Positions 35,729 through 45,269 of a DNA stretch of 64,000 nucleotides are shown here, piece after piece. Origin of the DNA: Minisyncoccota bacterium (GTDB taxonomy: Bacteria; Patescibacteriota; Minisyncoccia; Phycocordibacterales; Phycocordibacteraceae); contig DASWXP010000002.1 of NCBI GenBank assembly GCA_036405415.1, positions 492,450 to 556,449 on the forward strand, read 5' to 3'. The notes beneath the pieces were generated by a model. The model worked only from the letters and a program-made list of their open reading frames with translations. It did not search any database and was not told the origin of the DNA. Within the stretch, counting starts at the first letter, position 1, and every line of letters begins with the position of its first letter. Position numbers and translations under genes: made by a program.

Positions 35729-37591
35729 ATGACTGCAAACAACACTATGGTTGCAAAGCTTGCAGCTGCTCTCGCAGTTGTAGGCCTCGTGGCATCTTCT
35801 GTTGTTGCCTTCGCTCCGGCGGCTGGCGCACAGACCACGACGACCTCCGCAAGCGTCACGTTCACTCGTGACCTTACGATCGGTTCTACGGGCGCGGATG
35901 TTACCGCACTCCAGAACTGGCTTATTATGAAGGGCTACGCTATTGCAGCTGGCGCAACCGGTTACTTCGGTGCACAGACGCAGGCAGCTCTCGCAAAGTA
36001 CCAGGCAGCTAAGAGCATCGCTCCGGCAGCAGGTTACTTTGGTCCGATCACTCGTGCAGCTGTAGCAGCTGATGGTGGTTCTACCGGTGGCAACAACGGT
36101 GGTTCTACCGGCGGCAACAACGGCGGCAGCGATCTCTCCGGTGGTGAGGCAGATCTTTCTGACTACAACCTCCGCCGCGAGGAGTCGACTGGCGACGAGG
36201 GTGAGGAGGAGGTAGAGGTCGCAACGGCAGAGTTCGACGTTGAGGACGGCGACGTCCGCGTTGAGCGCCTTGAGATCCTCGCATCTTCTACCAACAACCT
36301 TCTCGAGCAGAATCCGTGGAACTACTTCGATCGCGTTATCGTCTGGGCTGACGGTGAGGAGATCGCAGACATGGAGGTTGATGACCGTGACGCATGGGAC
36401 GAGGAGTCCGATGACGTTTACCGTCTCGCTCTTACCGGCCTCGACTACGTAGTTGAGGAGGGTAACCAGGCGGAGATCACCTTCGGCTTCGACATTGCAG
36501 GTTCTATCGACTCTGACGACCAGGCACAGACCTTCGTCTTCCAGATCCCAGAGGACGGTATCCGCGCAGTTGATGCTGAGGGCATCCAGCAGTACATCGG
36601 TGCTACTGGCGAGCTCCCAACCAACACCAACGAGTCCGTATCCTTCACCTTCGGTGCTGAGGACAACGGCGAGCTTTCGATCTCGTCGAACAGCGACGAT
36701 CCTGATGCTTCCATTCTCATCGTCGATGACGAGGATGAGTCTGATGAGTACTCGGTATTCGTATTCGACATCGAGAACGACTCTGACGTTGATTCCCTCG
36801 TTACTGAGGTTCAGATCGACGTTACTGACGGCAACAGCGCAGTAGCAACTGGCGACATCATCCGCCGCGCAACCCTCGTGGTTGATGGCGATGAGTACGA
36901 CGCTGAGATCGCTGGCGCAGTAAGCGCAGTTGGTACCCTTACCTTCGAGGACATGGATCTCGAGGTATCAGGTGACGACGAGGTTACTGCAGAGCTCATG
37001 ATCACCCTTGCTCGCAACGCAACCAGCACCACCCTCTCCTTCGAGACGGACGGCGCAACGGACGTTGAGGCTGAGGGCGTTGACTCTGGCGATGAGACGA
37101 CCGTAGACGGTTCCGCAACGTCGGCAACCCACACGACCGCGCTCACTGGTATCGCAGTTGAGGCAGTTTCCACCTCCCAGTCGGTAACGACCCCGGGTGA
37201 CACTGCATCTTCGACCTACGCTACCTACACCATCAAGTTCGATGTTACCGCCCTCGATGAGGACGCATACATCACTGAGGCTGTTGGTACGATCGGCACC
37301 TCAACCACCAACGGTGTTGAGTACGACATCTTCGGCGGTTCGTACACCGGTACGGCATCTGCAGTCCTCACTTCGACCGCAGTTGACACCGGTTCCTACT
37401 TCCGTGTTGATGAGGGCGAGACCGAGACGTTCACCCTTACGGTGACCCTCGATCCGGCAGCGGCAGGCACCTTCGGTGTCAAGCTCGATGAGGTTAACTT
37501 CAACGACACTCAGGCTGCAGGTGATACCACCTTCAACGTTGACGCGTCTAACGAGGACTTCCGCACCGACGCTGTCTACATCGCAAACTAA
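35729..37591 (+). CDS. secreted peptidoglycan-binding acidic surface protein (S-layer-like candidate)
   Basis: Signal peptide and a PG-binding domain (TFTRDLTIGSTGADVTALQNWLIMKGYAIAAGATGYFGAQTQAALAKYQ). Then a (GGSTGGNNGG)x2 linker and a ~480-aa extremely acidic, Thr/Asp/Glu/Val-rich beta-rich region. Confidence 0.55.
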   Translation: MTANNTMVAKLAAALAVVGLVASSVVAFAPAAGAQTTTTSASVTFTRDLTIGSTGADVTALQNWLIMKGYAIAAGATGYFGAQTQAALAKYQAAKSIAPAAGYFGPITRAAVAADGGSTGGNNGGSTGGNNGGSDLSGGEADLSDYNLRREESTGDEGEEEVEVATAEFDVEDGDVRVERLEILASSTNNLLEQNPWNYFDRVIVWADGEEIADMEVDDRDAWDEESDDVYRLALTGLDYVVEEGNQAEITFGFDIAGSIDSDDQAQTFVFQIPEDGIRAVDAEGIQQYIGATGELPTNTNESVSFTFGAEDNGELSISSNSDDPDASILIVDDEDESDEYSVFVFDIENDSDVDSLVTEVQIDVTDGNSAVATGDIIRRATLVVDGDEYDAEIAGAVSAVGTLTFEDMDLEVSGDDEVTAELMITLARNATSTTLSFETDGATDVEAEGVDSGDETTVDGSATSATHTTALTGIAVEAVSTSQSVTTPGDTASSTYATYTIKFDVTALDEDAYITEAVGTIGTSTTNGVEYDIFGGSYTGTASAVLTSTAVDTGSYFRVDEGETETFTLTVTLDPAAAGTFGVKLDEVNFNDTQAAGDTTFNVDASNEDFRTDAVYIAN

Positions 37592-37631
37592 TAGCCTCGA
37601 GGTACGCCTCGTAGCTACTAACTAGCGATTC

Positions 37632-37665
37632 GCAAAAGCCCCAGGGTACGCCCTGGGGCTTTTGC
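37632..37665 (+). terminator. strong intrinsic terminator
   Basis: gcaaaagccccaggg-tacg-ccctggggcttttgc. Confidence 0.7.
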
Positions 37666-37669
37666 TATA

Positions 37670-37944
37670 CTCTCCGCATGCAGTACTTCCTTCATTTCCT
37701 CAAAGTACTTCTCGCGTTCATTGCCATAATTGGCCTCGCGCTCTTTGGCATGCAGTTTGCGGGCATGGGGGTAATAGGGTAGAGTGCCCCTGTACGGACC
37801 GAAGACAGCCAGCAGCCCTTAGGGGCAGAAGCCTGGCCGAGGGACGATCGGGGTAGGGCACTAAGCACTATTTCCGGGTCGACTGTCTCCTCACAAAGGT
37901 CCCGCAAGGGACCTTTGTCCGTTTCGTACGAACAACACACAAGC
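37670..37944 (+). promoter_or_regulatory. putative L10 (rplJ) ribosomal-protein leader
   Basis: About 270-nt structured untranslated region directly upstream of rplJ, with a hairpin caaaggtccc-gcaa-gggacctttg ending 25 nt before the start codon. L10 leaders are a known autoregulatory class. The ORF-track call 37662-37856 looks non-coding. Confidence 0.3.
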
Positions 37945-38439
37945 ATGGCAATCACCAAAGCAAAGAAGCAGGAAGTAATCGAGAAGGTCGCAAGCGCCGT
38001 TAAGGATGCTGCGTCGATCGTCTTCGTGCACTTCAAGGGCCTTTCGGTTGCCGATACTGCTGCGATGCGTAAGTCGCTCCGTGAGAACGGAATCGGCTAC
38101 TACGTCGCAAAGAAGACGCTTATCCGTCGTGCACTCGCAGAGCGGGGCTACGAGGGAGAGATCCCTGAGCTCCCGGGCGAGATCGCACTCGCATGGAGCG
38201 CTGAGGACCCGACGCTTGCCGCTCGCGAGATTTTCGAGCACGGCAAGAAGCATAAGGGTGCGCTCAGTATCATGGGCGGCGTCTTCGATGGGAAGTTCAC
38301 GGATGCGGCTGGCATGAACGCCATCGCAACCATCCCACCAGTACCGGTACTCCGCGGCATGTTCGTGAACGTGATCAACAGCCCGATCCAGGGTCTCGTT
38401 ATCGCGCTCGACAAGATTGCCGAGAAGAAGGCAGCGTAA
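37945..38439 (+). CDS. rplJ: 50S ribosomal protein L10
   Basis: MAITKAKKQEVIEKVASAVKDAASIVFVHFKGLSVADTAAMRKSLRE is the canonical L10 N-terminus; start taken at the conserved MAITK, not the upstream ATG at 37915. Confidence 0.85.
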   Translation: MAITKAKKQEVIEKVASAVKDAASIVFVHFKGLSVADTAAMRKSLRENGIGYYVAKKTLIRRALAERGYEGEIPELPGEIALAWSAEDPTLAAREIFEHGKKHKGALSIMGGVFDGKFTDAAGMNAIATIPPVPVLRGMFVNVINSPIQGLVIALDKIAEKKAA

Positions 38440-38461
38440 TAACCCGTATAACTAATTATTT

Positions 38462-38941
38462 ATGGCAGAAGAGGATGTAAAGCAGGAGGAGACCACCGAA
38501 GAGGCGGCTCCTGCAGTAGAGGAGGCAGCAGCTCCTGCACCGGCAGCCGAGGAGGCTGAGGTGGAGGTTCCGGCTAAGTTCAAGGAGATCGTCTCCGCAA
38601 TCGAGGCGATGTCCGTTCTCGAGCTCTCTGAGCTCGTGAAGGTATTCGAGAAGAAGTTCGGCGTATCCGCAGCAGCGGTCGCGGTTGCAGGTCCTGCAGC
38701 AGGCGGCGCAGCGGGTGGTGAGGAGGCAAAGTCCACCTTCACCGTCGAGCTCACCGATGCTGGCGCAAACAAGATCCAGGTGATCAAGGTTGTGAAGGAG
38801 GCACTCGGTCTCGGCCTTAAGGAGGCTAAGGATCTCGTTGACGGCGCACCGTCTCCGCTTAAGGAGAACGTCGGCAAGGATGATGCTGAGGACCTCAAGA
38901 AGAAGGTTGAGGAGGCAGGCGGAAAGGTTACCCTCAAGTAA
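38462..38941 (+). CDS. rplL: 50S ribosomal protein L7/L12
   Basis: Ala/Glu-rich hinge and C-terminal domain [27 protein letters not shown]...[12 protein letters not shown]. Confidence 0.9.
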   Translation: MAEEDVKQEETTEEAAPAVEEAAAPAPAAEEAEVEVPAKFKEIVSAIEAMSVLELSELVKVFEKKFGVSAAAVAVAGPAAGGAAGGEEAKSTFTVELTDAGANKIQVIKVVKEALGLGLKEAKDLVDGAPSPLKENVGKDDAEDLKKKVEEAGGKVTLK

Positions 38942-38958
38942 CCAGACCCCGTTCCTAA

Positions 38959-38990
38959 GGAAAAGGCACTCAGAAATGGGTGCCTTTTCC
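38959..38990 (+). terminator. intrinsic terminator after rplL (no rpoBC follows)
   Basis: aaaaggcac...gtgcctttt hairpin plus T-run. Confidence 0.55.
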
Positions 38991-39047
38991 CGTATCCGTC
39001 AAGAGTTGCAGGGTAGGAAGCATCCTAGGTAGAATGCCCCTACGTTC

Positions 39048-39626
39048 ATGGACTCTCTCGCAAAACTCTTCGGTTCTCCGGCTCGCGTAAAGCTCCTCCG
39101 CCTCTTCTACTTTAACGACGACACCGCGTTCACCTCGCCGGACGCTTCCTTCCGCGCGCGCCTAACCAAGGACGCGGGACGCAAGGAAATTAATGCGCTC
39201 GTCTCAGGAGGCATCCTCCGCAAGAAGGCAGGGAAGGGTGCGGTCTGCTACCTGGCGGATCGCAGGTTCCCGCACTTCGATGCGCTCAAGGTATTCCTCA
39301 GGAACACTACTGACGTGAGCGATGCGTCCATCGTGCTCCAGCTGAAGAAGGCAGGCACTGTTCGTCTCGTAGTGCTCTCGGGTCTCTTTACGGGCGCTAT
39401 CGAATCGAAGGTGGATCTTCTCATCGTTGGAGACCGTCTTGAAGAGAAGCCGCTTCAGACGGCGATTCGTTCGCTTGAAGCAGAGCTTGGTCGTGAGCTT
39501 CGCTACGCGTGCTTTACGGCTGATCAGTTCAAGTATCGCCTCGGCGTATACGACCGTCTGCTTCGCGACGTATTTGATTACCCGAATAGGGTAGCGCTCG
39601 ACCGTCTCGGTCTTGCTGCGCGCTAA
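39048..39626 (+). CDS. hypothetical protein (possible N-terminal winged-helix)
   Basis: 192 aa, GC3-biased codon usage, own terminator, no recognisable catalytic motif. Confidence 0.4.
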   Translation: MDSLAKLFGSPARVKLLRLFYFNDDTAFTSPDASFRARLTKDAGRKEINALVSGGILRKKAGKGAVCYLADRRFPHFDALKVFLRNTTDVSDASIVLQLKKAGTVRLVVLSGLFTGAIESKVDLLIVGDRLEEKPLQTAIRSLEAELGRELRYACFTADQFKYRLGVYDRLLRDVFDYPNRVALDRLGLAAR

Positions 39627-39655
39627 GGAAACCGGCCGAAGGGCCGGTTTTTCCT
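39627..39655 (+). terminator. intrinsic terminator
   Basis: aaccggcc-gaag-ggccggttttt. Confidence 0.6.
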
Positions 39656-39744
39656 ATCCACACGCCCGGGTTCCTGAACCCTTCACCTTGCTACACTTAA
39701 AGTATTACCGGAATTTAAGCCGCTAATTCGCTAACCAAAACCCT

Positions 39745-40422
39745 ATGTTCCTAACCACGTGGGCGGATGTGCTGACGCAGTCGTTCCAGAACCTGTTCTA
39801 CGGCCTCGTTGCATTCATCCCTAACTTAATCGTCGCGCTCGTCATCTTCGTAATCGGATGGCTCGTGGGCGCCGGTATCGGCCGCCTTGTCGCGCAGGTA
39901 ATCAACTCGCTTCGCGTCGATCAGGCGCTCCGCGCCGCAGGCGTTGAGCGCGTGGTGGATCGCGCAGGGTTCACGCTCAACTCGGGCGCGTTCCTCGGCT
40001 TCCTCGTGAAGTGGTTCTTCATCATCGTCTTCCTCGTGGCGGCGCTTGATGTCCTTGGTCTCACGCAGGTGACCGCGTTCTTGACGGGCGTAGTCCTCGG
40101 CTACCTCCCGCAGGTTATCGTGGCGGTATTCATCCTCCTCGTTGCTGCGGTTATCGCAGAGGCAGCACAGCGCGTTGTTGCAGGCGGTGCCCGTGCTGCA
40201 GGGATTCGCGCAGCGAACCTCCTCGGTGCGGTCGCTCGCTGGGCTATCTGGATCTTCGCGATCCTCGTAGCGCTTGAGCGCCTCGGCGTCTCACCGCTCA
40301 TCCAGACCCTCTTCACGGGTATCGTGGTGGCGCTTGCGCTCGCGTTCGGCCTCGCGTTCGGCCTCGGCGGCCAGCAGGCGGCGGCTCGCTACATCGAGCG
40401 CGTCCAGAACGAGATCAAGTAG
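39745..40422 (+). CDS. conserved-TM-helix-repeat membrane protein (mechanosensitive-channel-associated family)
   Basis: 225 aa with repeated (LxxV/AxxVxxLxxLG) amphipathic TM repeats, like the 'conserved TM helix' repeat family. Confidence 0.5.
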   Translation: MFLTTWADVLTQSFQNLFYGLVAFIPNLIVALVIFVIGWLVGAGIGRLVAQVINSLRVDQALRAAGVERVVDRAGFTLNSGAFLGFLVKWFFIIVFLVAALDVLGLTQVTAFLTGVVLGYLPQVIVAVFILLVAAVIAEAAQRVVAGGARAAGIRAANLLGAVARWAIWIFAILVALERLGVSPLIQTLFTGIVVALALAFGLAFGLGGQQAAARYIERVQNEIK

Positions 40423-40440
40423 GCCCCAAACGGGCAGGGA

Positions 40441-40466
40441 AGGGCCCCGCTTCGGCGGGGCTTTTC
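40441..40466 (+). terminator. intrinsic terminator
   Basis: gggccccgc-ttcg-gcggggctttt. Confidence 0.6.
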
Positions 40467-40474
40467 CTATGGTG

Positions 40475-40502
40475 TTGACAGGGATTTTGACTCGCGTATA
40501 CT
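40475..40502 (+). promoter_or_regulatory. sigma70-type promoter P1 upstream of the 23S-5S unit
   Basis: TTGACA - 16 nt - TATACT, consensus -35 and near-consensus -10. A second TTGACA at 40624 may be P2, with a weak -10. Confidence 0.5.
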
Positions 40503-40582
40503 CGCTATTACGTGTTGAAGACCAAGAAATTATTCACTTAAACGGAGCGGGTAAGGATCAGGTCTCAGGATCTGGTAACGCC

Positions 40583-40603
40583 GCCCCGGGAGGGGCTTTT
40601 TTC
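40583..40603 (+). terminator. terminator-like hairpin between P1 and the 23S (leader/attenuator or small-RNA terminator)
   Basis: gcccc-ggga-ggggc followed by tttttt. Confidence 0.4.
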
Positions 40604-41024
40604 TTGGAAGGGACACGGGCTCGTTGACAGACGAATATGCAAAATAGGTAATCAACACCGCAAGGTGTGTAGTTTTCTACATGCCCTGCGGATTGAATAT
40701 TGCAGAATCACAAACAAAAGAAATCGTTAGAAAGTGGTATTCAGGTTTCCGCACAGGAGACATGAAGGGTGCACGGTGGATGCCTAGGCTTGCGACAGCG
40801 ATGAAGGACGCGACTAATCAGCGAAATGCTTCGGGGAGACGATTTGTAGTCTTTGATCCGGAGGTGTCCGAATGGGGAAACCCGGCCAGCAATGGTCACC
40901 CTCCTTTTAAGGAGTGGAGCTCACCCAGGGAAGTGAAACATCTCAGTACCTGGAGGAATAGAAAACAACAACGAGTTGTGTTCCGTCTGCTTGATGCTTC
41001 GAGTAGATGGAACGCGACTCTCGT

Positions 41025-41056
<32 letters not shown>

Positions 41057-41292
41057 GAGCCCAAACCCAATACTTCGGTGTTGGGGGTTGTAGGGTGAGA
41101 GCGCCGTATTTATACGGCACAAGTTACAAAGGTCTTATATAGCAGAAGAAGCTGGAAAGCTTCGCCCCAGAGGGTAATGGCCCCGTATGCGAAATATAAA
41201 ACTCTTGTGTGCTCTCATTCCTGAGTAGGTCGAGACACGAATAGCTCGGCTGAATCTGCCAGAACTAACTGGTAAGGCTAAATATGTCGCAG

Positions 41293-41338
<46 letters not shown>

Positions 41339-42777
41339 GAGAGGGGAGTGAAATAGAACTGAAACCGTGTACTTACAAAGGGTTAGGGTGGGCTCCGGTC
41401 CATCCTAGCGTGCCTATTGAAGAATGAGCCTGCGAGTGTATGTATGTTGCTTCGGCTAAATCCGTAACGGGATGGAGCCACAGGGAAACCGAGTGTTAAT
41501 AGCGCGCCCGTATCATACATACGACCCGAAGCCAGGTGAGCTTGCCATGAGCAGGATGAAGTTTGGAGAAATCCAAATGGAGGTCCGAACCCGTAGATCG
41601 TACAACGTCTTGGGATGACTTGTGGTAAGGAGTGAAAAGCTAATCGAACCTGGTAATAGCTGGTTCTCTCCGAAATAGCTTTTGGGCTAGCGTCGCGTGC
41701 TCCCTCCGGGGGTAGAGCACTGGAAGGGACAAATAGGGGGAAACCTCGTTGTTCCTATCAAACTCCGAATACCGGACGGCATGAGCGCGGCAGTTAGACG
41801 GTGGGGGCGAAGCTCCACACGTCGAAGGGGGAAGAGCCCTTGATCGCCAGTTAAGGTCCCAAAATTTACGCTAAGTACAACTTAAGGAAGTGAGGATTCT
41901 TCGACAATGAGGATGTTGGCTTAGAAGCAGCCACCATTTAAAGAAAGCGTAACAGCTCACTCATCGAGAGTCCTTGCGCCGAAGATGATCGGGGTTAAGC
42001 GTAATACCGAAACTGCGGGTGTGCATCGTATTCGTACGGTGCACGCGGTAGGAGAGCGTTCCGTTCTGCTGTGAAGCTAAAGGGGTGACCCATAGTGGAG
42101 CGTACGGAAGTGAGAATGCAGGCACAAGTAACCACAATGCGGGTGAGAACCCCGCACGTCGAAAGAACAAGGTTTCCTCAGCTATGGTGATCAACTGAGG
42201 GTTAGTCGGGCCTTAGGGGATGGCGAAAGCCGCACCTGATGGACACAGGGTTAATATTCCCTGACCGATCATATGTGCGATGGAGTGACGGATTGCTGTA
42301 TCTATGGCCCATTATTGGATTTGGGTTGGTGCCGTGAGGGTGTGTGGTAGGAAAATCCGCCACGCGTTATCCCGAGCGGAAAAACAATGTCCTTCTTCGG
42401 AGGGGCAGAGCATAGAGAGCGCGGTTCCAAGAAAAACTTCTAAGCTTCAGCATATGACGACCGTACCGCAAACCGACACAGGTGTTCAGGTCGAGTAGAC
42501 TAAGACGAACGAGTGAGAGGTCCTCAAGGAACTCGGCAAAAAAGCGGCCGTAAGTTAGCGATAAGGCCTGCCTCCCGCAAGGGAGGCCGCAGCGAAAGAT
42601 TTTCTGCCAACTGTTTACCAAAAACACAGCTCCCTGCGAACTCGTAAGAGGATGTATAGGGGGTGACGCCTGACCAATGCCGGAAGGTCAAGCAGGGGAG
42701 GTACATTGTCCTCGGATGATGTGCTGGACCCTATAAGCCCCGGTGAATGTCGGCGATAACTATAATCGTCCTAAGGT

Positions 42778-42973
42778 TCTGCATCTGAGCAATCGGATGC
42801 AGAACGGATTGGGGCGGTTATAGGAGACCGTAAACAGCCCGAGAGGGTAAACGTCAAAATAGCTACCTCTTCAGACCGAAAGGTCTGATGGATCCACGAC
42901 TCAAATGAGAGGCCATACGTCGTGCCCCTACTTCGGTAGGGTGAAGATATGGTCCTGCTGTAAGGAATAGTAG
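42778..42973 (+). mobile_element. group-I-like intron in 23S at the L1931 site (no ORF)
   Basis: 196-nt insertion between CCUAAGGU and AGCGUAAUUCCUUGUC, i.e. after U1931 by alignment to E. coli. 5' exon ends in U and the insert ends in G, as in group I introns. Confidence 0.5.
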
Positions 42974-43630
42974 AGCGTAATTCCTTGTCTGGTAAGTTCA
43001 GACGTGCACGAATGGCGTAATGAGTGGAAAACTGTCTCGAGGACTTGCTCGGTGAAAATGCAATACCGGTGAAGATGCCGGTTACCTGTAGTTAGACGAA
43101 AAGACCCCAGGAGCTTTACTACAGCTTGGTGTTGGGGTTGTGTGTCGTATGCGTAGCATAGGTGGGAGACTTTGAAGCGAGGGTTTTGGCTCTCGTGGAG
43201 TCGCCAGTGAAATACCACTCTTACGATGTGCAACTTCTAACCCGCATGAGAACCATGCGGGGACCGCGCCTGGCGGGTAGTTTTGGTGGGGCGCTATCCT
43301 CCTAAAAAGTAACGGAGGAGTCTATTAAGGTTGGCTAGGCGCGAATGGAAACCGTGCCGATAGTGTAATGGCACAAGCCAGCTTAACTGTAAGGGGTACA
43401 TCCCGCACAGATGCGAAAGCAGAGCATAGTGAACCGATGGTTCGCCTTAGATGCGGCCAGAGATTAACGGATAAAAGTTACCCTGGGGATAACAGGCTAG
43501 TTCCGCCCAAGCGTCCATAGCGACGGCGGAGTTCGGCACCTCGATGTCGGCTCACCTTAGCGCGGGGCTGGAGAAGGTCCCAAGCGTTTGGCTGTTCGCC
43601 AATTAAAAAGGTACGCGAGCTGGGTTCAAA

Positions 43631-43925
43631 CCGTGAGGGTTTATCGAGTCTTCGGATTCGATGCTCTCACTGTTTGAATCCCTTCGAGCGAGATTATCGC
43701 AAAACAACACATCAGAAAGTCTTTTCGTCTTGAAACAAGCATAGGAACAACCATGACACGGCGGTTCTGCATAGGGATATGCAGAAGCAAACTGACTAAT
43801 ATCGGAAGAACCCCACGTTGGGCGATTCCGAGGGAAGCGAAAGCGCCCGTAGAGACTGAACGTCAGTCACGAAGAACTCGTGAAGCTACAGTCCGATCCT
43901 TCCGGCAACGGAAGTCAACGAAATG
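43631..43925 (+). mobile_element. group-I-like intron in 23S near the L2593 site (no ORF)
   Basis: About 295-nt insertion interrupting GAGCUGGGUU(C/U)A(A/G)A...CGUGAGACAGGUUGGUC. Boundaries uncertain by a few nt. No LAGLIDADG ORF. Confidence 0.45.
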
Positions 43926-44299
43926 CGTGAGACAGGTTGGTCTCCTATCTACTACAGGCGTTGATTCTTGAGGAGACTTGCCCCTAGTACGAGAGGACCG
44001 GGGTGAACTGACCTCTGGTCTGCCTGCTGTCACGCCAGTGGCATCGCAGGGTAGCTATGTCGGGAATTGATAACTGCTGAAAGCATATAAGCGGGAAGCA
44101 AACTCCAAGATTAGGAATCGTTATGAGGCTCCTAGAAGATTACTAGGTTGATAGGCATTAGGTGGAAGCGCAGTAATGCGTTGAGCCGAGATGTACTAAT
44201 ATGCCCAGACTTCTGTGCGGAACTCTGTATGGCACTTCTAACGAAGTGATCTGCAATACCTTTTTGCATATTCGTCCGTCCGCGAGGACGGAACGCGCG

Positions 44300-44415
44300 C
44301 AGGATGCTGGTGATGTATCGGAAGGGCCACACCCGTTCTCATTCCGAACACGGCAGTTAAGCCTTCCAGAACCGATGGTACTCGAAAGGGGAGAGTAGGT
44401 GGTCGCCAGCATCGT
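44300..44415 (+). rRNA. rrf: 5S ribosomal RNA
   Basis: Helix I gaugcugg/ccagcauc, loop C CCGAAC, and conserved GUACUCGAAAGGGGAGAGUAGG segment. About 116 nt, 85 nt downstream of the 23S. Confidence 0.8.
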
Positions 44416-44446
44416 GCGCACGTTCTTTTCTAAATCTATATGCAGG

Positions 44447-44477
44447 AGCCGTCCGAAAGGACGGTTTTTGCTTTTTT
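44447..44477 (+). terminator. intrinsic terminator after 5S
   Basis: agccgtcc-gaaa-ggacggtttttgctttttt. Confidence 0.7.
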
Positions 44478-44513
44478 ATACGAACGCCGCTTTTCCTATA
44501 TACTGGTACTACT

Positions 44514-45269
44514 ATGGCGCTTGATTGGGCAGGGAAGCGAAGGTTCTACATCATCGGCGGCGCGTCGCTTATCGCGCTCATGCTACTCGCGGGGATCCTG
44601 ATAGCGGTTATGTACGATACCCCCTCGTGCATGGACGGAAAGCAGAATCAGGATGAGAACGGGATAGACTGCGGCGGTTCGTGCGCGTACCTCTGCAGCG
44701 CAGAGGTCGAGCCTGCGCGCGTGCCGTTTGCGCGCGCGCTCATGAATCTCTCTGGACGCACCGACCTCATAGCATATGTGGAGAACCGTAACGCGCTTGC
44801 GGAGGCGAAGAACGCTCCGTACGTGGCAGAGATATTCGATGCCGAGGGACGCCTGCTCGGAACGCGTGAAGGAATCGTAGACCTTCCGGCACGTGCGATC
44901 GTTCCGGTGTTCGTTCCGGGAATCGGCGCAAGGGGCGCAGCGCGCGCATTCCTTACGATCGCAGAGACTGCGAAGTGGCGGCTGCCTAGAGATACGAAAG
45001 AACCGCTTACGGTCGGTACCGTATCGATGGTCCAGGGAGAGAAGGCGCGCGTCACGGTGCCGATCGAGAACCTGAGTCCCCGGGACGAATTCGATAGGAC
45101 GGTTATTGCCGTCGTGTTCAACGCAGACGGAGAAGCGGTCGCGGCGACGCAGACCGTACTTCGCGTCGTGTCCGCGTTCGGAAAGACCGACGCGGTGTTC
45201 AGCTGGAACGAGCCGTTTCCCGAGGGTGCTGTGCGCGCCGAGGTGCGCGTAGTGCCGCGGCTGCCATGA
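44514..45269 (+). CDS. hypothetical membrane-anchored periplasmic protein
   Basis: 251 aa, N-terminal TM helix, then a Cys cluster (CMDGKQNQDENGIDCGGSCAYLC). Overlaps the ftsW/rodA start by 4 nt. Confidence 0.45.
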   Translation: MALDWAGKRRFYIIGGASLIALMLLAGILIAVMYDTPSCMDGKQNQDENGIDCGGSCAYLCSAEVEPARVPFARALMNLSGRTDLIAYVENRNALAEAKNAPYVAEIFDAEGRLLGTREGIVDLPARAIVPVFVPGIGARGAARAFLTIAETAKWRLPRDTKEPLTVGTVSMVQGEKARVTVPIENLSPRDEFDRTVIAVVFNADGEAVAATQTVLRVVSAFGKTDAVFSWNEPFPEGAVRAEVRVVPRLP

